From contig OY776562.1 of the NCBI GenBank assembly GCA_963675785.1, positions 928,001 through 992,000 on the forward strand: a stretch of DNA of 64,000 nucleotides. The letters run 5' to 3'. Of the stretch, positions 44,053-54,298 are shown piece after piece (the first letter of the stretch is position 1; every line of letters starts with the position of its first letter). The stretch comes from Anaerolineae bacterium (lineage in GTDB: Bacteria > Chloroflexota > Anaerolineae > UBA1429). The notes under the pieces are model-generated. The model did not search any database. It saw only the letters and a list, made by a program, of their open reading frames with translations, and was not told the origin of the DNA. Position numbers and translations under genes: made by a program.

Positions 44053-45675
44053 ATGAACAAAAAGCAAGAGCTCTTGTTGGTAGCTCTAGTTCTAATCCTG
44101 GCTGTGGGCATCAGAGTCTGGGGTCTGGATTATGGACTGCCTCATCTCTATGATCCAGATGAACCTGTCTTTGTAGAACATGCCTTGCAGATTTTGCAGA
44201 CGGGTGATTGGAATCCTCACTGGTTTGGGCATCCGGGTACTACCACGATCTATATGAATGCCTTTCTCTATCGCGTTATCGGTGGCGTTGGTACGGCGCT
44301 AGGCTATTACGAGAATTGGGGGGAATTCTGCTACACCTATTATGTGGATCCCACTGCGTTCTACTATAGCGGCCGATTATTGATTGCCTTGTTTGGCGTG
44401 CTTTCGGTCTTGTTGACCTACTTGATCGGGCGGCGTGCTCTCAATAAGCGTGCTGGGCTCATAGCTGCTCTGCTTTTGGCCATCAGCCCGCTTCACGTCT
44501 ATTTCTCGCGGCTCATTCGTACTGACGTGGAGATGGGCTTTTTCAGCCTCCTCTGTATCTGGTTTTGCCTGGGCGTCGTCAAAGAAGGGCGCTGGCGCGA
44601 CTATATTCTGGCTGGTGTGTTTGCTGGCGTTGCCTTTTGTACAAAGTACCCGGCGGCGATGGCCGTTCTGGTGATCGCCCTGGCGCATTTTTACCGCACC
44701 AAACGGGATGGGCTTGTGGACGAAGCCAAGGAGCATCTCAAGCTGGTAGGGGCGGCGGGTTCATGGTTTGTCGGCGCCTTTGCGGCCTCCCCTTACTTTT
44801 TCTTGGATTTTGGGACAGCGTTTGAATACGTCAAAGCAGAGGCACGGCCTACACACCTCAGCGCTACAGGCGGAGGGCTCTGGTCTAACCTGAGTTGGTA
44901 TTTACAGGAGCCTTTGACTAAGGCTTTGACGACTGCGGGTGTGGTGTTAGCTATTGGCGGGCTGATCTACCTTTTCATCCGCAAGCGCGAAGGCAAGGAT
45001 CGGGGAACTGGGGCGGTGCTGGCACTCTATCCGGTTGTGTTTACGCTATTTATCTCCAGCCTGAGCCTACGCTGGGATCGTTGGGTGGTGCCGGCAGTGG
45101 CCTTCCTATGTCTTGCCATTGCGGCTTTTGTAGATGCACTGGCGGAGAGTTTGCAGGCCAGGGCGCCCAAATGGGGTTTTGCTCTTGCTGCTCTGGTGGT
45201 GCTTGGGTTGGCTATCCCCATGGGCATCAATTCGGCTGTCGAAGCTCGTGAATTTGCAGGTGATGATACACGCACCATCGCTATGAACTGGATGCTCGAG
45301 AATGTGCCGGCTGGTACCAGGATTCTCTCTGAGGTCTACACGCCCGAGTTCTCGTCTACCCAGTATGAATATTATGGGCCAACCGGGGACGGAACTATCT
45401 ATTACAAGAGTGCGGCTTCCATTGGGCTCGATTACTATATTCCCCAGGGCCACCTTGGTACGGTATCGGATACACAGGCGATCCTGGATCAGGATATCGA
45501 ATATGTGCTGTTCAGCAACATCTATGACCGGTATCTTGCAGAAGGGACAACCTATGCAGATAGGGTGGCAAACTATGAGGCTCTGTTCGCAATGGGAGAC
45601 ATTGTTTTTGAGACCGAGGCAATAGAAGGAAAAAGCCGCGGGCCGATCATTCGCATACTCGAAATACGCCAGTAG
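44053..45675 (+). CDS. GT-C fold glycosyltransferase (PMT/ArnT-like)
   Basis: YGLP..YDPDE, NPHWFGHP, many TM segments, TKYP. Confidence 0.85.
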   Translation: MNKKQELLLVALVLILAVGIRVWGLDYGLPHLYDPDEPVFVEHALQILQTGDWNPHWFGHPGTTTIYMNAFLYRVIGGVGTALGYYENWGEFCYTYYVDPTAFYYSGRLLIALFGVLSVLLTYLIGRRALNKRAGLIAALLLAISPLHVYFSRLIRTDVEMGFFSLLCIWFCLGVVKEGRWRDYILAGVFAGVAFCTKYPAAMAVLVIALAHFYRTKRDGLVDEAKEHLKLVGAAGSWFVGAFAASPYFFLDFGTAFEYVKAEARPTHLSATGGGLWSNLSWYLQEPLTKALTTAGVVLAIGGLIYLFIRKREGKDRGTGAVLALYPVVFTLFISSLSLRWDRWVVPAVAFLCLAIAAFVDALAESLQARAPKWGFALAALVVLGLAIPMGINSAVEAREFAGDDTRTIAMNWMLENVPAGTRILSEVYTPEFSSTQYEYYGPTGDGTIYYKSAASIGLDYYIPQGHLGTVSDTQAILDQDIEYVLFSNIYDRYLAEGTTYADRVANYEALFAMGDIVFETEAIEGKSRGPIIRILEIRQ

Positions 45676-45730
45676 GCTTGAAACTGGAATCGATTTTGCT
45701 ACTTGTTAACGACAGGTTTTGGAGGAAGGC

Positions 45731-47065
45731 ATGTTCAAGACTAGACGCGCACGCGCCATAGGCTGGTTTTCTTTTTACTCGGTTATCGTGCTTTTGCCAC
45801 TATTATCTATGATTTTATTTCCATTGGATGAACCCGAAGAATGGATACGTGAGTTTGCCATAGCCGTCGGCTTTGCCGGGGTTGCTATGTTGGGCTTACA
45901 GCTCATCCTGACGGCACGGTTCCCCTTTCTCGATGAGCCCTTTGGAGCTGATATTATCTATAGGTTCCATCATCAGATCTCGATTGCTACCCTGGGCATG
46001 ATGCTGTTACACCCCATCCTGATTTTTGGTAAAGATGTTTACAAATTTTTCTTTCTACTCAACTTTTTCGATGTTTCTCTGAAAACAAAGGCTGCCGAGA
46101 TTTCTATCCTGGCGGCGGTTGTTTTAGTGGTGATATCCGTATGGCGCAAAAAACTCAGAATCACCAACTATGTGGCCTGGCGCATCTGGCACGGCTCGTT
46201 GGGGATCGTGGCCTATGTGGCGGTAATGATCCACATACTCCTTGTGAATAATTACATGGCTCAGGCTCCCATTCGTTGGCTCATCCTGATTTATGCTGGC
46301 ATAACTCTGGCCGTGCTCATCTACACGCGGATCGTTCGTCCTATTCAACTGCATCGCAATCCTTGGGAGGTTGTCTCAGTAGAGCAGGAAAGAGGCTCTG
46401 CCTATTCGCTCAATCTTTCTCCGTTGGGCAAGGGCATCCGTTTTGAGCCAGGTCAGTACGCTTGGATTACAGCTTGGCGTGGGCCCTTTGCCAATGCTCA
46501 ACATCCTTTTTCCTTTTCATCCAGTGCCGAGGATTCGGATGTCATTAGTTTTGGCATCAAGGAATTGGGCGACTTTACGGCAACCATCAAGGAACTCAAG
46601 CCGGGCGACAAGATCTATGTGGAAGGGCCGTATGGCGGGTTTAGCCCCGATCGTTGGCCGGATGCGACCTCGTTGATTCTTGTACCTGGCGGTATTGGCG
46701 TTTCTCCGATGATGAGCATTTTGCGTACGATGGCGGATCGTGGCGACAAACGGCCGATCGTCCTTTTGTATGGCAACTATGACTCGGCGACCGCGGCCTA
46801 TTATGAAGAAATCCTCGATCTGAAAGAAAAACTCAATCTTACTGTGCGCTATGTGCTGGAAGCTCCTCAAGAGGGCGAAGATTCTGAAAAGGGCTATATC
46901 ACACAACAAGTGCTGGAACGCTATCTACCACCGGAAGATGCTCGGGATGGTTGCCATGTGTTCATTTGCGGCCCTGGTATTATGATGAATTTCGTCGAGG
47001 CGTCTTGTCTGAATTTGGGATTGCCAATTTCTCAGATTCACTCTGAGCGCTTTGATTTGGTATAG
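45731..47065 (+). CDS. Ferric reductase-like transmembrane domain plus FAD/NAD-binding oxidoreductase
   Basis: Haem-ligand His pairs, HPFS, EGPYG, GGIGVSP, FICGP, ERF. Confidence 0.88.
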   Translation: MFKTRRARAIGWFSFYSVIVLLPLLSMILFPLDEPEEWIREFAIAVGFAGVAMLGLQLILTARFPFLDEPFGADIIYRFHHQISIATLGMMLLHPILIFGKDVYKFFFLLNFFDVSLKTKAAEISILAAVVLVVISVWRKKLRITNYVAWRIWHGSLGIVAYVAVMIHILLVNNYMAQAPIRWLILIYAGITLAVLIYTRIVRPIQLHRNPWEVVSVEQERGSAYSLNLSPLGKGIRFEPGQYAWITAWRGPFANAQHPFSFSSSAEDSDVISFGIKELGDFTATIKELKPGDKIYVEGPYGGFSPDRWPDATSLILVPGGIGVSPMMSILRTMADRGDKRPIVLLYGNYDSATAAYYEEILDLKEKLNLTVRYVLEAPQEGEDSEKGYITQQVLERYLPPEDARDGCHVFICGPGIMMNFVEASCLNLGLPISQIHSERFDLV

Positions 47066-47076
47066 GGAGGTAAAAG

Positions 47077-47169
47077 ATGAGAAGGAGGCAATCGAGACTC
47101 TTGGCGTTCTGTACAACACTCGCAGTGCTAGCAGTTGCAGCATTTGTGGCCTGGCTTCAAGCTGGCTGA
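47077..47169 (+). CDS. Putative 30-aa single-pass membrane microprotein
   Basis: GGGAGG RBS; MRRRQSRLLAFCTTLAVLAVAAFVAWLQAG; lies before the operon terminator. Confidence 0.45.
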   Translation: MRRRQSRLLAFCTTLAVLAVAAFVAWLQAG

Positions 47170-47199
47170 ACTAGATTTCTAGCCAATAGGCAATCTTTT

Positions 47200-47247
47200 A
47201 GGCGTATCCTGGGAAAGGAGAACTCCTTTTCAAGGATACGCCTTTTT
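47200..47247 (+). terminator. Intrinsic terminator
   Basis: AGGCGTATCCT...AGGATACGCCT followed by TTTT. Confidence 0.75.
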
Positions 47248-47252
47248 GCTAT

Positions 47253-47308
47253 TTGACAAATCTTATACAGCGTATAAGATATACATTGTATAACAAATAC
47301 ATTGTATA
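47253..47308 (+). promoter_or_regulatory. Promoter with three tandem TetR-type operators
   Basis: TTGACA at 47253; TATACAGCGTATA, TATACATTGTATA, AATACATTGTATA at 47264, 47280, 47296. Confidence 0.7.
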
Positions 47309-47360
47309 TCTTATATAATTCTGAGATACACTATTGCCGTAAAGCAGAAAGGAAATGTAT

Positions 47361-48077
47361 ATGCCAAGACCACGCCTGACCGAAGAAGAGAGGCAGGCTA
47401 TGCGAAATCGAATTTTAGATGCTGCCGATGCAGTTGCTCTTGAAAGCGGCCCGCGCGCTGTGAGCAGCCGTTCCATCGCCGAAAAGATGGGTACATCTCA
47501 TATGGTTCTCTATACCTACTTTGAGAATCTCGAGCAGGTGTACGAGGCCATGCAAACACGGCGTGTAGAACAGCTCGGGCAGACGCTCGGTCAGCTTACT
47601 GAGCGTGCTCGAAGCGAAGGTGCCGACAAGGTACTGTATGAGGCACTGCTTTCTTTATTAGAGAACACCAAAGTGCATCCCCGGATGGCAGATATGCCCA
47701 TCATCATAGCTGCCCATCACAAGCGTGAAGGCTCCCCGGATCATCAACGAGTTCCACATAAAAAGGGGAGACACTCTTTTATCAAAGGAATAATCCAAAA
47801 GGATCTTGTTTCCTGGGGTAAAGAAGTGATCGTCATTGGGCAGGAGCAGGGTGTTTTCTGCCAGGGTGATGCAACCGACATGACTGAGACCGTTGTCGCC
47901 ATCGTCTATGGCGTGATCCTCTCCTGGCGTGTACGTTTTGTTCACGATGAGAAAATTGACGAGCTCTATGGAAGAGCGGTAGATATGGTAATGAGCTATT
48001 TGGTAGACGGAGATCACTTTGATATTGGTGCCTCCCGTCGGCCACTCTTGATGGTTGATGATGGAGAAAAGGAATGA
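47361..48077 (+). CDS. TetR/AcrR family regulator
   Basis: MPRPRL..EER...R.RILDAA, SSRSIAEKMGTSHMVLYTYF. Confidence 0.88.
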   Translation: MPRPRLTEEERQAMRNRILDAADAVALESGPRAVSSRSIAEKMGTSHMVLYTYFENLEQVYEAMQTRRVEQLGQTLGQLTERARSEGADKVLYEALLSLLENTKVHPRMADMPIIIAAHHKREGSPDHQRVPHKKGRHSFIKGIIQKDLVSWGKEVIVIGQEQGVFCQGDATDMTETVVAIVYGVILSWRVRFVHDEKIDELYGRAVDMVMSYLVDGDHFDIGASRRPLLMVDDGEKE

Positions 48078-49819
48078 AATCGATATTTAGACTGTTTAGG
48101 CACCTCAAGCCTTATTGGAAGATGGCCGGGTTGGCTCTCTTGTTTTTACTCTTCCAGGTGGCTCTCGACCTTTTGGTGCCGCGATTACTGCAGAACATTG
48201 TTGATGTGGGCATAGCCAATCAAGATCTGAGCTATGTTGTGAATCAGTCCTTGATGATGATTGGATTGGCGCTTGTTGCGGCTGGAGCCGCTATCGCGAA
48301 CACGATCTATTCTGTTCGTGCTTCGCAGAATTTTGGTGCGGACTTGCGGAATATCCTGTTTCGCAAGGTTCAGACACTATCGTTCGTCAATCTGGATTCC
48401 CTCGATACGGGCAAATTGGTCACCCGTCTAACCAGCGACGTGGATATGGTGCAGCGAATCAGCGCCATGTCGCTTCGCATCATGACGCGTGCCCCGATTC
48501 TGTTGCTCGGCAGCTTGATCATGCTGGTTATCACAGCTCCTTCTCTTGTTTGGATCCCACTGGTGGTCTTTCCTGTCGCTGTGGTCATTCTTGCTATTGT
48601 CATCGGTCGGGGCAGCAAACTGTTCCAGGTACAGCAAGAGCGACTGGACGGCGTCAATACGGTGATGCAAGAGAGTCTTTCCGGCGTACGGGTGGTTAAG
48701 GCCTTTGTGCGTGAGGATTATGAGAACGAGCGTTTTGGCGCGGCTAACTCCAAACTGCGTGACTCGGCCATCAAGGTGGGCCAACTCTTGGCTTTTGTGC
48801 CGCCGATCATCATGATCGTTATGAACCTGGCCTTGATCGCTGTCTTTTGGTTTGGCGGTTTACATGTCATCCAGGGCACTTTGACGCTGGGCGAACTCAC
48901 GGCCTTTCTCAATTATTTGAGCATGACTCTCAACTCTTTGATGATGTTGAGCATGTTGCTCATGGCTATTTCTAGGGGTGAGGCTTCGGCGCAGCGTATC
49001 TGCAAGGTGTTGGACGAGGTACCGACGGTAGTTGACCCCGAAAAGCCCATTACAAAGCTTTTGGGCAAGGGCCGCGTAGAGTTTGATCATGTTACCTTTA
49101 ACTATGATGGTGACGAGGCAGAGCCGGCACTCAAGGATGTCAGTTTTGTTGCCGAACCAGGACAAATGGTTGCCATACTGGGAGCGACCGGATCCGGTAA
49201 ATCGACGCTGGTACACCTTATCCCGCGTTTTTATGATGTAACGGGTGGAGCGGTGCTGCTAGATGGCACGGACATCCGCGATGTCTCTCAAAAGACGCTT
49301 CGTGCACAGATTAGTATGTCATTGCAAGAGGCAATCTTATTTTCGGGAACCATTCGCGACAACATCCGCTATGGCCGGCGTGACGCCAGCGAGAAAGAGA
49401 TCGTCGCTGCCGCTCAGGCAGCTCAGGCTGATGACTTTATCATGAGTTTGCCCGACGGATATGATACCCTGGTTGGGCAGCGCGGTGTAAACCTTTCTGG
49501 TGGGCAAAAGCAACGTCTGGCTATTGCCCGGGCTATTTTGGCCAATCCGACTGTTTTAATACTGGATGATTCGACCAGCGCGGTTGATGTGGATACAGAA
49601 GCCAAGATTCAAGATGCTTTGGCCAAGATTATGAAAGATCGTACAAGTTTTGTAGTGGCCCAGCGAATCAGCACGGTTTTGGCTGCTGATAAAATTCTAG
49701 TGCTCGATGAGGGGCGCTTGGTCGCCGAAGGCACCCATAGCGAACTGATGGCATCGAGCCAGGTGTATCGTGAGATCTATGAATCTCAGCTGGGGAATGG
49801 AGTGTCTGTTAATGCCTAA
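48074..49819 (+). CDS. Multidrug ABC exporter, TMD+NBD subunit A (degenerate site)
   Basis: GATGSGKS, LSGGQKQR, LDDSTSA, VAQRIS. Confidence 0.92.
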   Translation: MKSIFRLFRHLKPYWKMAGLALLFLLFQVALDLLVPRLLQNIVDVGIANQDLSYVVNQSLMMIGLALVAAGAAIANTIYSVRASQNFGADLRNILFRKVQTLSFVNLDSLDTGKLVTRLTSDVDMVQRISAMSLRIMTRAPILLLGSLIMLVITAPSLVWIPLVVFPVAVVILAIVIGRGSKLFQVQQERLDGVNTVMQESLSGVRVVKAFVREDYENERFGAANSKLRDSAIKVGQLLAFVPPIIMIVMNLALIAVFWFGGLHVIQGTLTLGELTAFLNYLSMTLNSLMMLSMLLMAISRGEASAQRICKVLDEVPTVVDPEKPITKLLGKGRVEFDHVTFNYDGDEAEPALKDVSFVAEPGQMVAILGATGSGKSTLVHLIPRFYDVTGGAVLLDGTDIRDVSQKTLRAQISMSLQEAILFSGTIRDNIRYGRRDASEKEIVAAAQAAQADDFIMSLPDGYDTLVGQRGVNLSGGQKQRLAIARAILANPTVLILDDSTSAVDVDTEAKIQDALAKIMKDRTSFVVAQRISTVLAADKILVLDEGRLVAEGTHSELMASSQVYREIYESQLGNGVSVNA

Positions 49820-51695
49820 TACATCAAATAATAGTGAAAAACCTCAGCCAACATTTGGTGCTCCGAGCGGACCGGGTTTGCCGCGTCCCGGTGGCATGGG
49901 TGGCGCTGGTCGTGGTCCGTATCAGGGTGGAGTTGTTCACGCCAAAGATGTCAAGGGAACCCTTGCGCGGCTCTGGTATTACCTGCGAGCCAACAAGCGC
50001 ATGCTTATTATCGTCATCCTCCTGGTTGCTGTGAGCACCGGATTGCAACTGATAGGCCCCTATCTGCAAGGCGTGGCTATCGATCAATTCATCTCGGTGG
50101 GCAATAGCGATGGTCTGGCTCGTTTGGTGCTGATCATGTTTGCGGCTTATGTCGGCGCTGCCATCGCAACCTGGGGAAACACCTATCTTGTGACAGTTTT
50201 AGCACAGCAGACAGTTTTTCAGATCCGTGGCGAATTGTTTGCACACTTGCAGCAGTTGTCTTTGCGCTACTTTGATTCCAGCGCCCACGGCGATCTGATG
50301 AGCCGTGTGACCAACGATGTGCAGCTTATTTCCGATACATTGGGTACTTCGGTAACACAGCTTGTGCAGGCCGTGCTTCAGGTTGTGGGTACTGCCATCA
50401 TGATGTTCATCATCGAGCCTCTTCTGGCCGTGGTGGCTCTGCTTGTGGTGCCTATGATGTTGGGTGTAACGGTGTATATTGCCCGCCATACTAAAACACG
50501 TTTTCGCGATCAACAATCGACCATGGGCGTGATGAATGGCCTTATCGAAGAGACGCTCTCTGGCGAGCAGGTGGTCAAGGCCTTTAGTAAAGAGGAAGAA
50601 GTCATAGCAGACTTTGAGGTTCGCAATGTGGCCTATCGCGAAGCTGCCATCAAGGCACAGACCTTTTCACTGTTGATGATGCCTTTGATGACCGTGATCA
50701 CCAATCTGGGATTGGCTCTTGTAGCTGGAACCGGCGGATACATGGTTGTGATGGGCCTTTCTACTGTGGGTACCATTGTGGCTTTTGTGACCTACGCCCG
50801 GCAGCTCTCAGAGCCCTTGCGTCAGGTGGCGAACCTGTGGAACCAGGTGCAATCGGCCATTGCCGGTGCTGAGCGTGTGTTTGAAGTGATGGACGAAGAT
50901 CCCGATCTCAAGGATTCGGCTGATGCCCGAGAGATGGGTCAGGTAGAGGGTGAAGTAATCTTTGATAATGTCTGCTTTGCCTATAAGAAGGGTGTGCCAA
51001 TCCTTAAGAATGTCAGCCTTCATGCAGAACCCGGCCAAACAGTTGCGCTTGTGGGCCCAACCGGTGCCGGTAAAACGACGATCATTAACCTGCTTACACG
51101 GTTCTATGATATCGATTCGGGCAGCATTACCATCGATGGTGTTGAGTTATGCGATTTGAAAAAGGCCGATCTCAGGCGTAAATTGGGCATTGTACTGCAA
51201 GATACCTTCTTATTCTCTGATACAGTGATGGCCAATATCCGTTATGGGCGCCTGGATGCTACAGATGAAGAGGTGTACGCAGCGGCCCAGTTGGCGAATG
51301 CAGATGCCTTTATCCGACACCTTCCTGAGGGGTACAACACGGTGCTTTCAGAGCGTGGTGGAAACCTGAGCCAGGGCCAGCGGCAGTTGTTGGCAATTGC
51401 GCGGGCTATGCTGGCCAATCCCAGCATTCTCATCCTCGACGAGGCCACCAGCAGCGTCGATACGCGTACAGAGGCCAACATCCAAGAAGCGCTGCTAAAG
51501 CTCATGAAGGGGCGAACGAGTTTTGTCATTGCCCACCGATTGAGCACCATTCGAGATGCCGACCAAGTTTTGGTGATCAATGATGGGCGCATCATCGAAA
51601 AGGGAAACCATCAACAGTTGTTGGCTGCACAGGGTTTTTACTACAACCTGTATATGAGCCAGTTCAAGGGGAGAAAAGAAGCCTTTACCGTCTAG
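49812..51695 (+). CDS. Multidrug ABC exporter, TMD+NBD subunit B
   Basis: GPTGAGKT, LSQGQRQ, LDEATSS, IAHRLS. Confidence 0.92.
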   Translation: MPNTSNNSEKPQPTFGAPSGPGLPRPGGMGGAGRGPYQGGVVHAKDVKGTLARLWYYLRANKRMLIIVILLVAVSTGLQLIGPYLQGVAIDQFISVGNSDGLARLVLIMFAAYVGAAIATWGNTYLVTVLAQQTVFQIRGELFAHLQQLSLRYFDSSAHGDLMSRVTNDVQLISDTLGTSVTQLVQAVLQVVGTAIMMFIIEPLLAVVALLVVPMMLGVTVYIARHTKTRFRDQQSTMGVMNGLIEETLSGEQVVKAFSKEEEVIADFEVRNVAYREAAIKAQTFSLLMMPLMTVITNLGLALVAGTGGYMVVMGLSTVGTIVAFVTYARQLSEPLRQVANLWNQVQSAIAGAERVFEVMDEDPDLKDSADAREMGQVEGEVIFDNVCFAYKKGVPILKNVSLHAEPGQTVALVGPTGAGKTTIINLLTRFYDIDSGSITIDGVELCDLKKADLRRKLGIVLQDTFLFSDTVMANIRYGRLDATDEEVYAAAQLANADAFIRHLPEGYNTVLSERGGNLSQGQRQLLAIARAMLANPSILILDEATSSVDTRTEANIQEALLKLMKGRTSFVIAHRLSTIRDADQVLVINDGRIIEKGNHQQLLAAQGFYYNLYMSQFKGRKEAFTV

Positions 51696-51709
51696 TTTTG
51701 GACCCAGAT

Positions 51710-51748
51710 AAAAAAACAGGGGCACTCAAACGAGTGCCCCTGTTTTTT
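51710..51748. terminator. Bidirectional terminator
   Basis: AAAAAACAGGGGCACTC-aaac-GAGTGCCCCTGTTTTTT. Confidence 0.88.
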
Positions 51749-53096
51749 ATTGCGCGGTTGTATTGGCGGGTTCTTTGGGTCTGAGTGGAAATAGGAAGAA
51801 CATCCCGGCCCCGAGAAGTCGCAGAACGCCACTGACGATGATGGTGTTCAAAAGGCCGATTTCGTCGGCCAACCACACGCCGAGCATTGGGCCAATAAAG
51901 GCGCCGGCGTTCATCACCATGCTATAGACGGCTGTTGCCGAATACTTTTTCTCTGGCGGCATGAGGTCGAACCAGATCATGGAATGGCTGAGATTCACGC
52001 CAGACCCCAACAGGTTTAGCAGAAAGCTAATGAACAAAATAAAGCCCAGGTTTGGCCACAAGGCCATCAAGAATGCTTGCAGGCACATGAGCGGTGCCGC
52101 GATGAGCAAGGTGCGATTCTCGCCGAATTTGCGCATGATGCGCTGCCAGATGAAATAGCCCAGCAGTACACCAATGTTAGAAATCATACCATTGACTCCT
52201 ACCCACCCATCTGATGCGCCAAGTTCTCGAACGCAAAAGATGGTGAACAGGGGTCCCAACATCCAGGCGCCAATGTTGAAAAACAAGGTGTCCAGGATGA
52301 TGGTAGAGAACCCATGGCTCTTAAAGGTGATCTCTTTGATGCTAACCCAGATGGACTCACGCTTCTCGTGGGTGGGCACATTTTTCTTTTCAGGAGGAGT
52401 TTCTATTAGGCCAATCATATAGGTGCTAACACCGCCAAGAAGCGCTCCGGCAAGATACATCCACTGATAGTTACCAGGGAAGGCATGTGCATCGAGCCAC
52501 AGGCCAGCCAGATAGATACCCAGGGCCACCACGCCACTGCTAAAGATGTTACGCCAGGAGATCACGATGCTGCGCTTGTTACGGGGTATCACATCCGCTA
52601 ACAACGGACTCCATGCGGTAGAAAAGACAACGTTTGGAACTTGGCCCAACACCAGGATTGCAACGGCGGCTTCGGCAGCATGGTTGGGGAATAGCCAGGG
52701 GAGTACCGGCAGCACGAAATAGGGCAAGCGTGCCAACAGTACGCTCCAGACAACGCACGATTTGATCTCTTTGAGACGTTCTAGTAGCCGAGCACTGGGC
52801 ATAAAAGCAAGCACAGCTACCAATGCCGGAAGAGAGGACAGCAAACCGACCAGCGTATTTGAGCCGCCGAGGCGGATGATGAAGGTGCTGTTAAAGTTTG
52901 CTGCGGCCGATAGCAGTGAGGCAAAAATAACTTCCATATACAGAAAATAGGTATTGCGTTCATCTCGTGTGCTCGGAGGAACGAGCACAGAGCGAATTGC
53001 ACTATTCGTATGATTCCAGACAGCCCTGGCGTTGGGTTTTCTGATGGCGTGCAGCCTACTCAAAATACATACTCCTGCATATGTTCTGACAGACAA
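51747..53096 (-). CDS. MFS transporter (true start probably downstream of the ORF start)
   Basis: About 12 TM segments in two halves; GPMLG..LAD. Confidence 0.82.
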   Translation of the reverse strand: MSVRTYAGVCILSRLHAIRKPNARAVWNHTNSAIRSVLVPPSTRDERNTYFLYMEVIFASLLSAAANFNSTFIIRLGGSNTLVGLLSSLPALVAVLAFMPSARLLERLKEIKSCVVWSVLLARLPYFVLPVLPWLFPNHAAEAAVAILVLGQVPNVVFSTAWSPLLADVIPRNKRSIVISWRNIFSSGVVALGIYLAGLWLDAHAFPGNYQWMYLAGALLGGVSTYMIGLIETPPEKKNVPTHEKRESIWVSIKEITFKSHGFSTIILDTLFFNIGAWMLGPLFTIFCVRELGASDGWVGVNGMISNIGVLLGYFIWQRIMRKFGENRTLLIAAPLMCLQAFLMALWPNLGFILFISFLLNLLGSGVNLSHSMIWFDLMPPEKKYSATAVYSMVMNAGAFIGPMLGVWLADEIGLLNTIIVSGVLRLLGAGMFFLFPLRPKEPANTTAQ

Positions 53097-53167
53097 TGCC
53101 GGGATAGCGCTATTGCTATCCCGGACGTAATGGGCCGTACTATATCATAAATGAATCGCTTGTCGAA

Positions 53168-53650
53168 TCAGACCGTGTCAAATTCGAGTGCTTTTATAAC
53201 GGGCTCCAGGGCTTTTGGTTCCAATTCCTCGACACCGCTCAAAAGGGGATCATTTTTGGTCAAGACCTTGAGCAGGGGGCCAAAGACGGGAATATAAGAT
53301 CGGCGCATCTGCCCTAGTAGGTGGATGTGCTCGGTGCTTGCCAGCATATCGGCCGGGAGCGATTCCTTCAACCACCCCGGTATCTCTGGATCATCCTCAG
53401 CTGCTGCGGATACCGTAACCAGGATCACTTGCTTGTCCTGTACGCGGCGCCACAGCGCAGCCAGTGCGTTGGCTCCCTTGAGCTTGCCGATGTAGAATGG
53501 TCCCGCTAGAACAATTCTATCATAAATATCGAGATCGGGGGGCAAAAGATCGCCCGTTGCATAAATATCCGAATCAATGCGTTCGTGCAGCATTTCGGCA
53601 TATTGCCGGGTGGTGCCGTGGCGGGATTTATAATAGATGAGGGTTTTCAT
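53168..53650 (-). CDS. Flavodoxin-domain protein (HemG-like)
   Basis: MKTLIYYKSRHGTTRQYAEML, YDRIVLAGPFYIG. Confidence 0.8.
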   Translation of the reverse strand: MKTLIYYKSRHGTTRQYAEMLHERIDSDIYATGDLLPPDLDIYDRIVLAGPFYIGKLKGANALAALWRRVQDKQVILVTVSAAAEDDPEIPGWLKESLPADMLASTEHIHLLGQMRRSYIPVFGPLLKVLTKNDPLLSGVEELEPKALEPVIKALEFDTV

Positions 53651-53716
53651 GTTAGGCTCCATTCGCTTTATATGCTCCTAACAATACGCGTCTTGGTGTA
53701 AAAAGGTTGCCTCCCT

Positions 53717-53745
53717 TTGACATTGGCTTGCGGTACAGCTAGAAT
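53717..53745 (+). promoter_or_regulatory. Sigma70 promoter
   Basis: TTGACA-17-TAGAAT. Confidence 0.6.
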
Positions 53746-53773
53746 CGTACATCAGGATAGGAGGATCGAGGAT

Positions 53774-54226
53774 ATGGATTATTATTATGGAGTTCGAGGC
53801 TGGATGGAACTCTCCTGGCCAGAAGCTGACATAGAAGGCGTAGAAGAGTCTGAAGAGGCACATGCGGAAAAGGTCGATAAAATCCGCGAGTTACTTTGTT
53901 GCCCTCTCTCTGACGAGGATCTGGATGAAGCCGAGGGCGATACGGATGAATCCGTCCGAGCCGGGTGGTGTTTTCCGCAATCGACACTGGGCGGCACTGA
54001 GTATGTGATGTTTGGGGCGGATGTAACCGAGCCGGATATCGTGCTGGAGCAGGTTCGTCAGCTTTTGGCGATTGATGCCTTTGCCGATGGCTTTTTCTCT
54101 ATCGAAGGCGAGGATGGCGATTCAGCCTGGCAGTGGCTGATTGTTTCCGGAAAGCTTTATCAACGTGACACTCTTTTCCCCGATTTTGAGAGTGAGGGCG
54201 TACCGGGCGGATATCGCGCCATCTAG
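53774..54226 (+). CDS. Acidic hypothetical protein
   Basis: GGAGG/GAGG RBS, own promoter, followed by a terminator. Confidence 0.7.
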   Translation: MDYYYGVRGWMELSWPEADIEGVEESEEAHAEKVDKIRELLCCPLSDEDLDEAEGDTDESVRAGWCFPQSTLGGTEYVMFGADVTEPDIVLEQVRQLLAIDAFADGFFSIEGEDGDSAWQWLIVSGKLYQRDTLFPDFESEGVPGGYRAI

Positions 54227-54244
54227 TCCAAACAGATATAGAAC

Positions 54245-54277
54245 AACAGGACGGCTTATTCAAGCCGTCCTGTTTTA
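54245..54277. terminator. Bidirectional terminator
   Basis: AACAGGACGGCTT-attc-AAGCCGTCCTGTT. Confidence 0.8.
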
Positions 54278-54298
54278 GATTATCAGATGCCCACAGCG

